In this document: positions 1 to 11,677 of the stretch, piece after piece
Layout of the letters: every line of letters starts with the position of its first letter
How positions within the stretch are numbered: position 1 is the stretch's first letter
From: Mobula hypostoma
Taxonomy: Eukaryota
DNA length: 64,000 bases
Assembly (NCBI RefSeq): GCF_963921235.1
Contig: NC_086108.1
Coordinates: 47,928,001-47,992,000, forward strand
Reading direction: 5' to 3'
Notes under the pieces: generated by a model
What the model was told of the DNA's origin: nothing
What the model saw: the letters and a program-made list of their open reading frames with translations, nothing else
Databases searched by the model: none
Translations under genes and position numbers: made by a program

Positions 1-190
1 CAGGCTGTAATTGCTGTTACCCTGCAGTTGGTCCCGTCCCTTCCTGTCCCTTGCCTCTGTCGGGTAAGCCAGGCCGAGTGCCGTTACCCTGCGGTTGGTT
101 CTGTCCCTTCCTGTCCCTTGCCTCTGTTGGGTAAGCAGGCTGTTTGCCTTTACCCTGTGGTTGGGTCCAACCCTCCCTGTCCTTGCCTTC
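1..190. repeat. Tandem repeat, ~66-67 bp unit, ~3 copies, inside the putative LTR
   Basis: TTACCCTG...CCTGTCCCTTGCCTC unit recurs, with TTACCCT at 17, 84 and 150. Confidence 0.85.
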
Positions 191-626
191 GCGTCCTGCC
201 CAGGAGTTGCTTCAAGGACCCTAGCCTGGAGGATCCCAAGCCAAGCTCCAAGGACCCAAGCCTGAAGTCCCCAGCCTGCAGCCAAGCTCAAGACCCGAGA
301 GCCCAGCCTGTCTCCAAGCTCGGTCCTCTAGACCCCAGCCACGTCCTGTCCTGAAGCCATGTCATGTCCTTGCCTGGTTCTGGGGTCCGAGCCCGAGGCA
401 AGACCCAGGTTCTGGGTCCTTGTCCAGTCTCGGGCTCGAAGTCCAAGCCTTGTCTCCTATTCCATGGTTTCAAGTCCTTGTCCCGCTTTCCCTGGCCCAA
501 GTCTGTGTTCTTGTCCCTGTTCCTTGACTGTATCCTGTCACATCCCTACTCGAGTCAAGTCCTGTTCCTTGTACTTCAGAGTCTGTGTCTCGCATTTGGG
601 TCCGTTCCCAGCACCCCATTGTGACA
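1..626 (+). mobile_element. 3' part of an LTR (probably Ty3/Gypsy type), cut by the window edge
   Basis: C/T-rich, internally repetitive tract ending ...TCTGTGTCTCGCATTTGGGTCC...TTGTGACA (canonical ..CA LTR end at 626), followed by an abrupt switch to AT-rich DNA. Confidence 0.55.
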
Positions 627-699
627 AATCTAGTTTAAAGCAGAAAAGCAATCTCTTGTACATAATCCAAAATACCTGGGTACAAAATCTACACTGTTG

Positions 700-992
700 C
701 TTCAGGACTCTATGACTGTTTTATTGTCAAAGGTACAATTTTTTTGGACATGGTTTCAAAATAAAGACCTTGTCTGTTTATCTTGGCTACAAAGTTATTT
801 AAAGAAGAGCAGTAGACCTCGCTGAGTAAACTGCCCAATTTGATTCTTAAACATTTTAGTTAAATATACAAATGCCCTGGTCATTTATCTACTGTTTGTG
901 AACCTTCCTCTGTGTAATTTGTCATTATTATCCACCAGTAAAAAAAAAATTCTGGGCTTGAAAAAATGTTTTTTATATTTGCAAGTCTTTCA
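700..992 (+). mobile_element. Highly decayed Deu-domain SINE (SacSINE1/AmnSINE-like)
   Basis: TTATTTAAAGAAGAGCAG..., CTGGTCATTTATCTACTGTTTGTG and terminal TATATTTGCAAGTCTTT resemble the DeuSINE consensus as I recall it. Confidence 0.4.
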
Positions 993-1619
993 TTCTTGTG
1001 CTTTATCATAATCTATCTGAATGGGAAAAATGTTGAAATTGAAGTAGCTTTCATTCAAATTCTACATAAAGCAATTTATTTGAGAATTAATCAGGAAATG
1101 AAACTTGGAGTTAATTGCCCTAAGGTTGGATTTAATTACACCACCTCTGGTGTACGACTGCTGACTTAACAGAGGCCAGCTATCTAAACTCAGACTTGAA
1201 CTTTAAAGCCTTCATGGCTCAGTATTGATTGCGAAAGTCCTTTGCTCTTTGGAAAATCTGTCATATGATTGACTGCTAATAGGTTCCTTTTCTAATAGGA
1301 ATTTGTACCACATGCTCAAACTGTGTTATTTGACTATTGCTCTAAATATAGACTGTATGTACATAATGTTCCGGTTAATTGGTACTGCAAATTTAGGCTG
1401 GGTTTTTGAGTTGTTTAAATTGACGTGTTCTGAGTCTGGAACAATCTGATCTGTTTGTTGAGATTGATTTGTGTTTTGAAATGAATAGACACAGTCATAG
1501 AGAGGTTATAGAGATACAGTACACAAGTTAGTTTACATTGTTTTGGTATGAGTGCTTATTTGAGACTGAATTTTAAAGTTACTTTGCAAATCCATGGCCT
1601 GTTCTTCATCAAGTTATGG

Positions 1620-1785
1620 TGTTCTAACCATATGTTATAGTCATGTGGTTTTTGTTAGTTTTTCAGTTTTGGTCTGTCCTGTGTTTCTGTGATATCACAC
1701 TGGAGGAATATTGTATCATTTCTTAATGCATGCATTACTAAATGACAATAAAAGAGGACTGTGTGCCCTCATAATCTAATCCAAA
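1620..1785 (+). mobile_element. Isolated 3' tail of the non-LTR element seen at 5291-5960
   Basis: Near-identical to 5800-5960 (GTGATATCA..CTGGAGGAA..TGCATGCATT..AAATGACAATAAA..GAGGACTG..CTCATAATCTAA). Confidence 0.8.
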
Positions 1786-1975
1786 ATCACCTTTCATGAT
1801 GTTGATGAAGAATTTGAAGTACTGCATTTGCTCAAAATGGACACAAAAATTAATTAATTCTTTCATTATCAATTCATTTAGCCCTTCAAACTCATTAAGG
1901 ATGCCATGTATCTGGCTAGCACTGCAACGAATGATCATTCCCAAAGACAGCAAGTTGAACAGGAATAAGAATGGA

Positions 1976-2540
1976 TGACACACAGAAAATGCTGGAGGAA
2001 CTCAACAAGTCAGGCAGTATCTAGGGAGGGGAATAAACCTCGATGTTTTGGACGGAGACCCTCTATCAGGACTGGAAATGAAGGGGGCAGCAGCCCGAAT
2101 AAGAGGTGGAGGGAGGGCAAGCATTGCAGGCTGGTAGGTGAGAGGTGAGACCAGATGAGGGGGAAGGTGAGTGGGTGGAGGAGGGGAGATGAAGTGAGGA
2201 GCTAGGAGGGGATACGTGGGAGAGATAAAAGGCTGAAGAAGAAGAAGGAATCTAACAGGAGAGTGGTAAACACAAAATAATCTGCAGATGCTGGGGTCAA
2301 AGCAACACTCACAACACGCTGGAGGAACTCAGCAGGTCGGGCAGCATCCGTGGAAAAGATTGGTTGACGTTTTGGGCCGGAACCCTTGGTCAGGGCTGTA
2401 GAGGGAAGGGGCAGAGGCCCTATAAAGAAGGTGCGGGGAGGGTGGGAAGGAGAAGGCTGGTAGGTTCCAGATGAAAAACCAGTAAGGGGAAAGATAAAGG
2501 GGTGGGGGTGGGGGAGGGGAGGCAGGGAGGTGAAAGGCAT
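1976..2540 (-). mobile_element. Two adjacent or nested Penelope-like terminal-repeat fragments with decayed hammerhead motifs
   Basis: Two copies of GCTGGAGGAACTCA.CA.GTC.GGCAG followed by a purine-rich tract; on - strand the mutated cores read CTGATAG..CCAAAACATC (~2040-2075) and CTGACCA..CCCAAAACGTC (~2363-2397). Confidence 0.75.
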
Positions 2541-3374
2541 ACTCAGCCATACTCAGCTTTACTATTCTCTTGCTGCAGGATATTGCCCAAGTGATCAAAT
2601 ACATTTGTGCACTCACTAGAAAGCTTTCTGAGGCAACCAACATCTGCTCAAAAATTATTCTGAAAATTATCTGATTTGGAGCAAAGCAGTATTATATTAT
2701 TGTAGCTCATGGGAAATCTTAAGGGGATTCCCGGAGAAGTATGTCATTTGCATATTGTTGGAGTGTGATTTGGAGAGTGAGGGATGTTTAAGGCTGGGAA
2801 GAGCAGCATCACTGTCAGGGCACAGAATGGAGCTGAGGTGGGTAGGGGGGAGTGGAAGAGAAGGCAAAGAGGAGGTCAAGAAAAGTTCAGGACTTGCTGC
2901 GTGCTTCAAAAATCGGTCATCATTAGAGACCACCAACGATTTTGCCAAAAAGTTTAGTTCAGAAGCCACAAGGAGCTTGTGGAATAGGAAGGAGGTTGAG
3001 CTTGAAGCAGAGGAGTGAAAAATAAATGAAATGGAGTTTTCAGGTATACAGCTTCTCCTTAAAGGAACAGAGGTTGCCATCCATTTGTGGAATGCTTTTA
3101 ACTAATATCTCCATCATCAGGTTTTGAAGCAACTTTGTCATATATCTCACCTCCCTTGACTAAGAAAATGTCAACATGCATTAGTTATATTCAGCCCTAT
3201 CCCAACAAAATCAACAATTTCATCATAATTACACAATTATTGTGACCTTGATAGAGCAAGAACAGTAAAACCAATAGCTATATTGTAGTGAACAACCTCG
3301 GTCATCAAGATATGTTCCATTGCTTGTCAGCACTGTACTCCACAGATTTGCTTGAGGTATGGTTTTCTGCAATC

Positions 3375-3720
3375 AATCAGATTTAGTATCACTGACATAT
3401 GACAAGAAATTTGTTGTTCTGCGGCAGTGGTACAGCTCAAAGCCATAAAAATCTGTAAGTTACAAAAAGTAAATAAATAATGGAAAAAAGGGAATAATAA
3501 GGTAGTGTTCACAGAACATTCATAAATCCAGTGGTAGGTTGGAAGAAACTGTCTGTAAATGATTGTGTGTGGGTCTTTGGTCTCCTGTATCTCCTTGCTG
3601 ATGGTAGTAACGAGACGAGGGCGTTTCCTGGGTGGTGAGGATTTGCACTGATGGATGCTGCCTTCTTATAGCACCATCTCTTGAAAATATCCTCGATGGT
3701 GGGAAGGGTGGTGTAGCTGG
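3375..3720 (-). mobile_element. Rex1/Babar LINE 3' fragment
   Basis: Reverse complement of the ORF end and tail seen on + at 56680-57300 (GGCAGCATCCATC..., TACAGGAG..., AAATTTC..ACATATGTCAGTGAT). Confidence 0.65.
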
Positions 3721-4009
3721 TTAATAACTTATTCCTGCTCTTGCACTATAAAGAAGATGGGCAGTGAGTGAATAAGGAAGGAGAAAACTGCCACCAGTCT
3801 CATAGACTGCAGTGTAGACAACAGAAAAACAAATTGTATGGCTAGGAGTGATGACTTTGACTTGATAAAGTAATTACTAATATCACATGACTGCAGTAGG
3901 ACCAAAATCAGGGAAGTCAATCAGGAAATCAACTACTGAGTGCCAGTACGTGTCATACCAGGTTTATGTTCTTGTTCAAGGTGAAAATGACTGCTGTACA
4001 GGTATTCAT

Positions 4010-4630
4010 AAACACAAGAGATTCTGCAGGTATTGGAGATCCAACGCAACGCACACAAAATGGTGGAGGAACTCAGCAGGTCAGGCAGCAGCTATGGAAG
4101 TGAATAAACAGTTGATGTTTTGGGCCCAGACCCTTCCTCAGGACTGGAAAGGAAGGAGGAAGATGCCAGAATAAAAAGCTGGGGGGAGGGTGAGGAGAAT
4201 AGCCAAAGGGGAGACTATGTGGCCTGTTGCTATGCCCAGAGAATGTTACTGAGGTTTTCTGTGTTTTGGGGTGGGATATGGATATGGCTATGGATTTTGG
4301 ACTATGGGCTTTTTTTCAGTTTTATAGATTTTTTTATATACTGTGTTTTTTGCTCACTCTTTCTCATTTTTATGTGCAGGGAGGGGGATTTAGGGGGGAT
4401 CGGTGTTCCCATTCTGTATTTATTCATTTCTTGTGTGGGGCAGGGGGGATTTGGGGGTTGATTGTCATGTTACCATTTTTTTTTCTTGATTTTGTGGCTA
4501 TCAGGAGACGAAGAATCTCAGAGTTGTATACTATGATAATAAATGAACCTTTGAATCTTTTGAGGTGATTGGTGAAGAAAAGGAAAAGGAAGGGGGGGGT
4601 CCCAGGGGGGAGGTGATAGGCAGGTGAGTA
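4010..4630 (-). mobile_element. Penelope-like terminal-repeat fragment, interrupted at ~4210-4563 by a T-rich LINE-tail-like insert on +
   Basis: CACAAAATGGTGGAGGAACTCAGCAGGTCAGGCAGC head and decayed hammerhead at ~4110-4146; the insert ends ATCTCAGAGTTGTATAC..ATAAATGAACCTTTGAA, like 15350-15410. Confidence 0.65.
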
Positions 4631-4666
4631 TTTGATTAAAAAGGAAGATAAAATGTAAGCAGAATA

Positions 4667-4968
4667 GGCATCAGTTAGTCTCATGAGACCATGGATTTGT
4701 GCCTTGGAAGGTTTCCAGGGCACAGGCCTGGGCAAGGTTGTACGGAAGTCCGGCAGTTGCCCATGCTGCACGTCTCCCCTCTCCACACTACTGATGTTGT
4801 CCAAGGGAAGGGCACTAGGGCCGATACAGCTTGGCACCGGTGTCGTCACAGAGCAATGTGTGTCTAAGTGCCTTGCTCAAGGACACAACACGCTGCCTCA
4901 GCTGAGGCTCAAACTAGTGACCTTCAGATCACTAGACCGACGCCTTAACCACTTGGCCACGCGCCAAC
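4667..4968 (-). mobile_element. tRNA-derived SINE with CORE-like segment, full length
   Basis: On -: A box TGGCCAAGTGG, B-box-like AGTTTGAGCC, then GTGTCCTTGAGCAAGGCACTT; exact 10-bp TSD AAGCAGAATA at 4657-4666 and 4969-4978; second copy at 41131-41428. Confidence 0.9.
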
Positions 4969-5290
4969 AAGCAGAATATTCAAGTTGATATTGTAGAACT
5001 AATTAGAAGCTCAATGGTTCGAGATAAAATTAAATATCAAATAGGTTTATCTAAATCACGTGTGAAACAAACATGACCACACTGTAAACCTTCAACATTT
5101 CACAATCTTTTGCAGCTAACTATGGCTCACCTTATAAAATTAACAAAAGTTCCATTGATGATAAAGTGATTGTCAGGAAAAATCATTATAAGCTTTGTAA
5201 ATTAACCTGTATTAAATTCCAAGACATTGACTATTACTCTTGCACAAGGATGTGATATGACCCTTCTAACGCACAGAGAAGATATTCTTG

Positions 5291-5960
5291 GGAGGAGAAG
5301 ATGGCGGAGCGATGCAGCTCACAGCGGCCACTCCGTTGGTGATGTCTGTTATTTGTCAAGTAGGGTGCCATGCACAATCCTGATTTGTTGGAGATGGACG
5401 TGAGAGCACGGAGGAACATCTGGTGAAACTTCTGAAATGCCTGCTTCACTGCTGCTGCGACTGTGTGGTCCAGAATCTCTGGAGGAGAAGGCCTTGGCTT
5501 TGCTTGTTACTTGACGGCTGGGGTGGGGTCGAAGTGCTCGGCAGAGGATGGTGCTCGGAGAGGCTGTGTCGGAGGGGCTGGTTGGAGGCTCAAAGTTTTT
5601 AGATGGACTCAGAGTCCGCTGTGGTCAGATGCTTCCAATGGTGCTGCATCAGCAAGTTGGCGGCGCTTGGAGGTTCATGGCGGGGAGAATTCCTCCCTTC
5701 TGCCACCTGCGTGAGGTCTATCGGGACTTTGAGACTTTTTTTTTACTGTGCCCATGGTCTGCTCTTTATCAAATTATTGTATTTCTTTGCACTGTTGTAA
5801 CTATATGTTATAATTATGTGGTTTTGTCAGTTTTAGTCTTGGTTTGTCTTGTGTTTTCTTGTGATATCATTCTGGAGGAACGTTGTATCATTTTTTTAAT
5901 GCATGCATTTCTAAATGACAATAAATGAGGACTGAGTATCCTCATAATCTAAAAAATCTA
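5291..5960 (+). mobile_element. Short non-coding non-LTR element: GC-rich 5' head joined to a LINE-type 3' tail
   Basis: Starts GGAGAAGATGGCGG (YY1-type motif common at LINE 5' ends); ends AATAAA..CTCATAATCTAAAAAATCTAA; tail shared with 1620-1785. Confidence 0.55.
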
Positions 5961-6050
5961 AAGATCCCTAAGAACAAGTAACTTTCCCACCAACTCATGA
6001 GAGTCCCTGGCCCATGACCACTCAGAATGCAGAAGAAACATTTATGTCCA

Positions 6051-6588
6051 TGTAACACCCTTGGAAAGGTTTCACTGCTAATGTAATGGTTTTTCTGTAG
6101 CAGCAGTGTTTGGGTTATGGTTAGGGATAACGGGGGCTTTGGAATGTGCGCTGTCCAATGAAGGGGGTGTTTTTTTCTTGTTGTGTACTTGAGACCAAGG
6201 TGATCGGAGTCTTTTGTTTGGTGGAAGATGAAGAGAGAAGATGCCTGAAAGGATAGGTTGTAGACGCCAGAAAGGAGTGGACTTGGCGTGGGACCAGGAG
6301 TTGACAAAGCCCAGGGAAATCAATGGGGGACCAAGGGAAGGGAAATCATGAGCTCCAACGTGCACATTGGACTGTTTCATTAAAATGGCCCTTTTCTTTT
6401 TGTTTTACTTTACTAATCCTTTAGTCAAATTAAGAATTATAAAGCTAAATCATTTAATTGCATATGGTGTACTGTTTGTTATTTTGTGGTGCAGATTTGT
6501 AACAGGGTAACACATCACACAGCATCCACCCAAACAGGAGGTTTTGCACCTCAATCTCATATGTTTGGTGGGGCCAGAGTTTGTCTTC
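6051..6588 (+). repeat. 5' LTR (last ~35-40 bp lost)
   Basis: Aligns with the 3' LTR up to GGGCCAGAG..GTCTTC, then switches abruptly to antisense RT. Confidence 0.9.
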
Positions 6589-7263
6589 AGTAGCCTCGCT
6601 TCATGTTCCTCCAAGGTGGAACCAAACACTGAGGTCATTCAGATACACCAATACCTCAAGCAAGTTCATATCCCCCATCGTTTTCTCCTTGACAAACTGG
6701 AAGTTTGCAGGGGCTCCCGATATGCCTTGGAGCATCCTTTCAAACTGGAAAAATCCCAGTGGACATATAAATTCCATCTTCTCTTTGTCAGCCTCACTCA
6801 TGGGGATCTGGTAATATCCACTCCTTAAGTCCAGCACACTGGAACCACTTCACACCACTCAGACAGGCCAGCGCATATTCGATCCTTGGGAACGTTTACT
6901 GATTGGGGACGGTATGGCTGTTTAGAGTCCTATAGTCCACGCACATCCATACCTTCCCATTCTTCTTCCAGGCCACTACTATTGGGGCCGCATAGGGGCT
7001 TCGGGACTCAGTGATGATCCCCAGCTTCCTTCAACTTACACAAATGCTGCTGAACGTCTTCTACCTCTGCAGGGGCCAGTCGCCGCGACCTCACTCTGAA
7101 CAGGGTGTCCTCGGTCACCCGGATAGTGTGACGAGTGCTTTTGGAACAACCCATATCAAACTCCTCAGTGGAAAAGACACCTCCCAATTTCAGCATTTTC
7201 TCTTCCAACCCACAGGTACTGGGGAGTCCCCAAAATTGAATGACTCAGCGGTCAACTTTCCCC
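6589..7263 (-). pseudogene. Gypsy pol reverse transcriptase fragment, inverted within the element
   Basis: ORFs 7008-7208 (HTIRVTEDTLFRVRSRRLAPAEVEDVQQHL) and 6601-6837 (LDLRSGYYQI..CPLGFFQFERMLQGISGAPANFQ..LVYLNDL); frameshifted. Confidence 0.9.
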
Positions 7264-8520
7264 TTGGTGTGTATAGATTTCCTGTCAATAGAACCAGATG
7301 CCAGCAACATGGCGAATGTCTTAGTCGTCACGGATCACTACACCAGATAGGTGCAAGCTTTCACTACCAAGGACCAAAGGGTGACTACGGTGGCCAAAGT
7401 GTTATGGGAGAAATATTTCATTTATTATGGCCTTCCCAGGTGGATACACAGTGATCAGGGACGGGATTTCGAAAGTAGGCTCATCCTTGAGTTATTTAGC
7501 ATGCTCGGAGTCAAGAAGTCAAAGACTACTACTTATCACCTGCGGGGTGATCCCTAGCCTGAGAGATTTAATTGGAACTTGCTGGACATGCTCGGAACCT
7601 TGGACATCAGCAAGAAGAACAAGTCAACATATTGGACATCTGGTCCACTGCTACAACTGTACACGAAATGAAGCTACCAGGTACTCACCATATTATCTGA
7701 TGTCTGGGCACGAGGCGAGGTTGCCCATCGATCTTTGTTTTGGGACTGGTGAGGAAGACCTACTACCGAAGATTTATCTGAAGAATGTTTGATATGAGAA
7801 GGGAGCAGAAAAAGCTTATAAATTAGCTGAGATCGCAGCTGCCAAGCAGAATCAAGGAAATAAGAGGTATGATGAAGAGCTTAGGTTCTTCCAACTTATG
7901 CCGGGAGACCGAGTCCTCATAAGAATTTGGGGCTACCTGGGAAGCAGGAGTTGGCTGACCACTGGGCAGCTGTCTCCTATGTAGTGGAGAGTCAGAAATC
8001 AAACATAACAGTTTTCTGGATGAAACCATAGGCTGGGAATGGGCCTGTCAAGATTTTCCATCAGAACCACCTTTTGCCTCAGGGACAGGAGGTGTGGGTT
8101 GACCCTGAGCCCAACCTGGAACCAGAGTAAGAGGACCCTTCAGCAATGCAAGGCGACTGAAGGACCAACAGCAGGAGAGATTAGACCGGCCCCCGCCTCT
8201 GAATGTGATACTGATTCGGAGGATGAGGAAATGGGGGTGTGGTATATGCTGCCTTTTGCTAATTCCCCACTAATTGAGGAAGAGATTCCCAACCCCTCTC
8301 ACGCAGAGTCAGGTGAAATCAGAGGGGGGGGGGGTGTGGGCTATCTGTGTTTCAGTGGGACCTTGCAAGGGATGAAGCAGGGCTCAGACAAGGGACAGAG
8401 GGGTTGGAGTTGCAGGAGGGCATGAGTGATAGACTGGTCGGAACATGAAGAAGTAGATGAGGGGGTACAGCGGTCGCAAAGAAACAGGAAACCACCGGAT
8501 TGGCTGGACTATATAACACC
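7264..8520 (+). pseudogene. Gypsy integrase core and pol C-terminus, disrupted
   Basis: LVCIDFLSIEPD..VLVVTDHYTR, YGLPRWIHSDQGRDFES, YNCTRNEATRYSPYYLM and C-terminal QRSQRNRKPPDWLDY; stops and frameshifts. Confidence 0.9.
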
Positions 8521-8661
8521 GGGGGAACAGAATGTGGCACCTACTGCTTTGGGGAGCTATGTCACTGTCTTTTACACCTGGGTTGGACTTTGTGCTTTGC
8601 ATGAAGAGTTGGCAAATTATCTCAATGTCATGAGGACTAAATTTGGTGGTGGGGGGGAGAG

Positions 8662-9235
8662 TGTAATGCCCTTGGAAAGGTTTCACTCTAATGTAATGGG
8701 TTTTCTGTAGAAGCAGTGTTTGGGTTATGGTTAGAGATAACGGGGGCTTTGGAATGTGTGCTGTCCAATGAAGGGGGTGTTTTTTCTTGTTGTGTACCTG
8801 AGACCAAGGTGATCCTGGTCTTTTGTTCAGCGGAAGATGGGGAGAGAGGATGCCTGAAAGGAGAAGTCGTAGACACCAGAAAGGAGTGGAGTTGGAGTGG
8901 GGCCGGGAGTCGACGAAGCCTGGGGAAATCGATGGAGGACCAGCGGAAGGGAAACCGTGAGCTCCAATGCTCACATTGGACTGCTTCATTAAAATGGGCC
9001 CTTTTCTTATTGTTTTACTTTGCAAACCCTTTAGTCAAATTAAGAATTATAAAGCTAAATCATTTAATTGCATATGGTGTACTGTTTGTTATTTTGTGGT
9101 ACTGATTTGCAACAGGGTAACACATCACGCAACATCCACCCAACCAGGTGGTTTTGCACTTCAATCCCACTCGCTTGGTGGGGCCAGAGACCGTCTTCCC
9201 TAGACTTACTCAGCCGACAGAACCTAAGGGTTGCA
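8662..9235 (+). repeat. 3' LTR (574 bp)
   Basis: TGTAATGCCC...GGGTTGCA termini, preceded by a polypurine tract and followed by the TSD. Confidence 0.92.
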
Positions 9236-9985
9236 TCCATATACAAAGAAACTCAATGAAAGGAGCACATCATATTCTTTACTCATCTACCCTGTTCAGC
9301 AATTGTTGCCTTGCCCATGGCACTGTCTGCACTTTCCACTTGGATTAGCATCAGAATTTTAGTGGGAGAAAATCTTCCATGATCCTTTATCTTTGCACTG
9401 TACTGCTGCCCGAAAACAACAGATTTCATGTCAATGATAATAAATGTGATTCCCAAAGGGCTGGCAAAGAGAAAAATGGAGATAATAACCACATGAAGTA
9501 CAATAGGGGGCAGGGAAGTGTTAAAATAGATTCACTTTTTCATTTTAAATTCCTAAGATAAAAATGTTCTTGTAGGCTCTGAAATGTAAGAAAATATTTT
9601 ACAGCTTAGTGAGGTGATTGAGTTCAAGCTTGTTATCTATTGTTTTTTTAACTGTGCAAGTCATTTGTAGGCAATGAATGCTTTTTAACTTGAGTCTTGT
9701 GCTTGTCCTTGGAGTTAATAAGTAAATGGATAATGGTTATTGCTCAATCCTGATCATGCCGGTCTGGAGCTGTGTGATTAACTGGTTCTGGCTGTCACAA
9801 TCGGCACGTTTTCCACATTGGTTCTGGAGCAGAGTTCCAAACTTCAGCAGTTTGTCTCGGGATGTTGACATTTTATTTTTTAACCAACAGGAGAAAATCT
9901 GCAGATGCTGGAAATCCAAAGTAACACACACACACAATGCTGGAGGAACTCAGCAGCCGGGTGGCATCTGTGGATAACAGTAAAA

Positions 9986-10022
9986 AGTCAACGTTTCGGG
10001 CTGAGACCCTTCGTCAGCACTG
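9986..10022 (-). ncRNA. Minimal type I hammerhead ribozyme motif (PLE-associated), core intact
   Basis: - strand reads CAGUG CUGACGA A GGG UCUCAG CCC GAAACGUU GACU: CUGANGA and GAAA boxes, 3-bp stem II, palindromic ACGU stem III, imperfect stem I. Confidence 0.7.
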
Positions 10023-10244
10023 GAGAGGAAGGGGAGAAGTCAGAGTAAGAAGGTGGGGGTGGGGTGGGAGGGAGGAAGGAGTACAAGGTGGCAGGTGATA
10101 GGTGAAACTGAGAGGGAGAGGAAGGGGTGAAGTGAAGAGCTGGGAAGTTGATTGCTGAAAGAGATAAAGGGCTGGTGAAAGGGGAGTGGAAGAAAGGGAA
10201 GGGGAAGGTGCATCAGAGGGAGGTGATGGGCAGGTAAGGAGATA

Positions 10245-10684
10245 CCTGGATTGGGGAGCATGCCTTATGAGAGTAGGTTGAGTGAACTCAGCCTTTTTTC
10301 CTTGGAGTGACGGAGGATGAGAGGTGACCTGATAGAGGTATATAAGATGATGAGAGGCATTGATCGTGTGGATAGTCAGAGGCTTTTTCCCAGGGTTGAA
10401 ATGGCTAACACGAGAGGGCACAGTTTTAAGGTGCTTGGAAGCAGGTACAGAGGAGATATCAGGGGTAAGTTTTTTACGCAGAGAGTGGTGAGTGCATGGA
10501 ATGGACTGACAGTGGTAGAGACAGATATGATAGGGTCTTTTAAGAGACTCCTGGACAGGTATATGGAGCTCAGAAAAATAGAGGGCTATGGGTAATCCTA
10601 GGTAATTTCTCAGGTAAGGACATGTTCGGCACAGCTTTGAGGGCCAAAGGGCCTGTATTGTGCTGTAGGACTTTTATGTTTCTA
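10245..10684 (+). mobile_element. CR1/L3 LINE, 5'-truncated, inserted in the PLE
   Basis: ORF2 end RGDLIEVYKMMRG..TRGHSFKV..FFTQRVVSAWNGL..MELRKIEGYG; TATGTTTCTA tail; PLE sequence resumes after it. Confidence 0.92.
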
Positions 10685-11149
10685 TAAGGTGAGAGAGGGA
10701 AACAGGAATGGGAAAGGGTGAAAGTGGGGTGGACAATTACCAGAAGTTCAAGAAATCGATGCTCATGCCATCAGGTTAGAGGCTACTCAGACGGAATACA
10801 AGGTATTGCTCCTCCAACCTGAGTGTGGCCTCGTCATGGCAGTAGAAGAGGCCATGGACTGAGGTGCTAGAATAGGAATGGGAAGTAGAACTGAAATGGG
10901 TGGCTCAAGAGATCTTGCTTTTTCTGGTGGATGGAGCAAAGGTAGTTTAATTTTTTACAGTTATTTTTTAAATCACCATACCAGTGTTTACTATGGTGTA
11001 ACAATACAGGGTTGTTGTGAATAGGATTGATGAATAAAAGGGGTTTAGCAAATGATTGTTGGTCCAAATTACTTCACAAAACAGTAACTTCACAGAACAG
11101 TAACTTTGAAATTTTTATGCTTTTAATATAATGTGGCTTTTAAATAGAA

Positions 11150-11670
11150 CCATACAGATAACAGGGAAGAATAGACTGTTTGTCCCCCTCGAGCTTGCTC
11201 TGCCATTTCACAAGAACATGGCTAATCTGACTGTAACCTTGACCCTAAATCCCCATCAATCCCCTTGCTTACCAGGTGTCTATCTGCCTCTGCCTTAAGA
11301 GCATTCTATGATTCCACTTCCCATGCTCCTTGAAAACAAAGGTTCCAATCCTCCACGAAATATTTCATTTTCCCATCTTAAATGGGCAACCCTGTATTTT
11401 TAAACAGTGACCTCTTGTTTTATGTTCTCCTACAAGAGGAAACATCCACTCTACATCTGTCTTGTCAAGAATCTTTGGGATTGTTTATGTTTTCATTAAA
11501 TCTCCCTTGCATTTCCAAACTCCAACAGATAAAAGCTTAACATAAGATAACCTGCACTTTCTTGGTGTGAGTCTAATAATTCTTGTTTGACTTGCTTCCA
11601 ACACATTGATGCCCTTCATTGCACAATGAGACTATGTTGTACAAAGTACCTAAGATGTAGTCTCACCACA
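11150..11670 (-). mobile_element. Old, decayed CR1 LINE 3' fragment
   Basis: TAGAACCATACAG tail; GAGCTTGCTCTGCCATT, CATGGCTAATCT and GGAAACATCCACTCTACATC resemble the CR1 3' end at 24141-24700. Confidence 0.6.
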
Positions 11671-11677
11671 TGTCCTT

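Larger units (their letters stand above)
6051..9235 (+). mobile_element. Ty3/Gypsy LTR retrotransposon, internally deleted and rearranged
   Basis: Direct LTRs starting TGTAA at 6051 and 8662; end GGGTTGCA at 9235; 4-bp TSD TCCA (6047-6050, 9236-9239); polypurine tract GGTGGTGGGGGGGAGAG before the 3' LTR; RT and integrase remnants inside. Confidence 0.93.
9888..10945 (-). mobile_element. Penelope-like element 3' part: GIY-YIG C-terminus plus terminal repeat, interrupted by CR1
   Basis: On - at ~10737-10905: ATHFSSTSHS..SVHGLFYCHDEATLRLEEQYLVFRL..PDGMSIDFLNFW*, followed by the terminal repeat with hammerhead. Confidence 0.85.

Noticed and set aside
1..190. Regularly spaced repeats as a CRISPR array
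   Set aside because: Whole units repeat with no unique spacers, there are no cas genes, and the context is a eukaryotic LTR
1976..2540. Tandem hammerheads ~325 nt apart as an active retrozyme or circRNA unit
   Set aside because: Both cores are mutated, and the two copies differ in flanking sequence, fitting independent nested insertions
9737..9870. Short - strand ORF MSTSRDKLLKFGTLLQNQCGK...
   Set aside because: No recognisable homology or splice support; its length is within chance expectation
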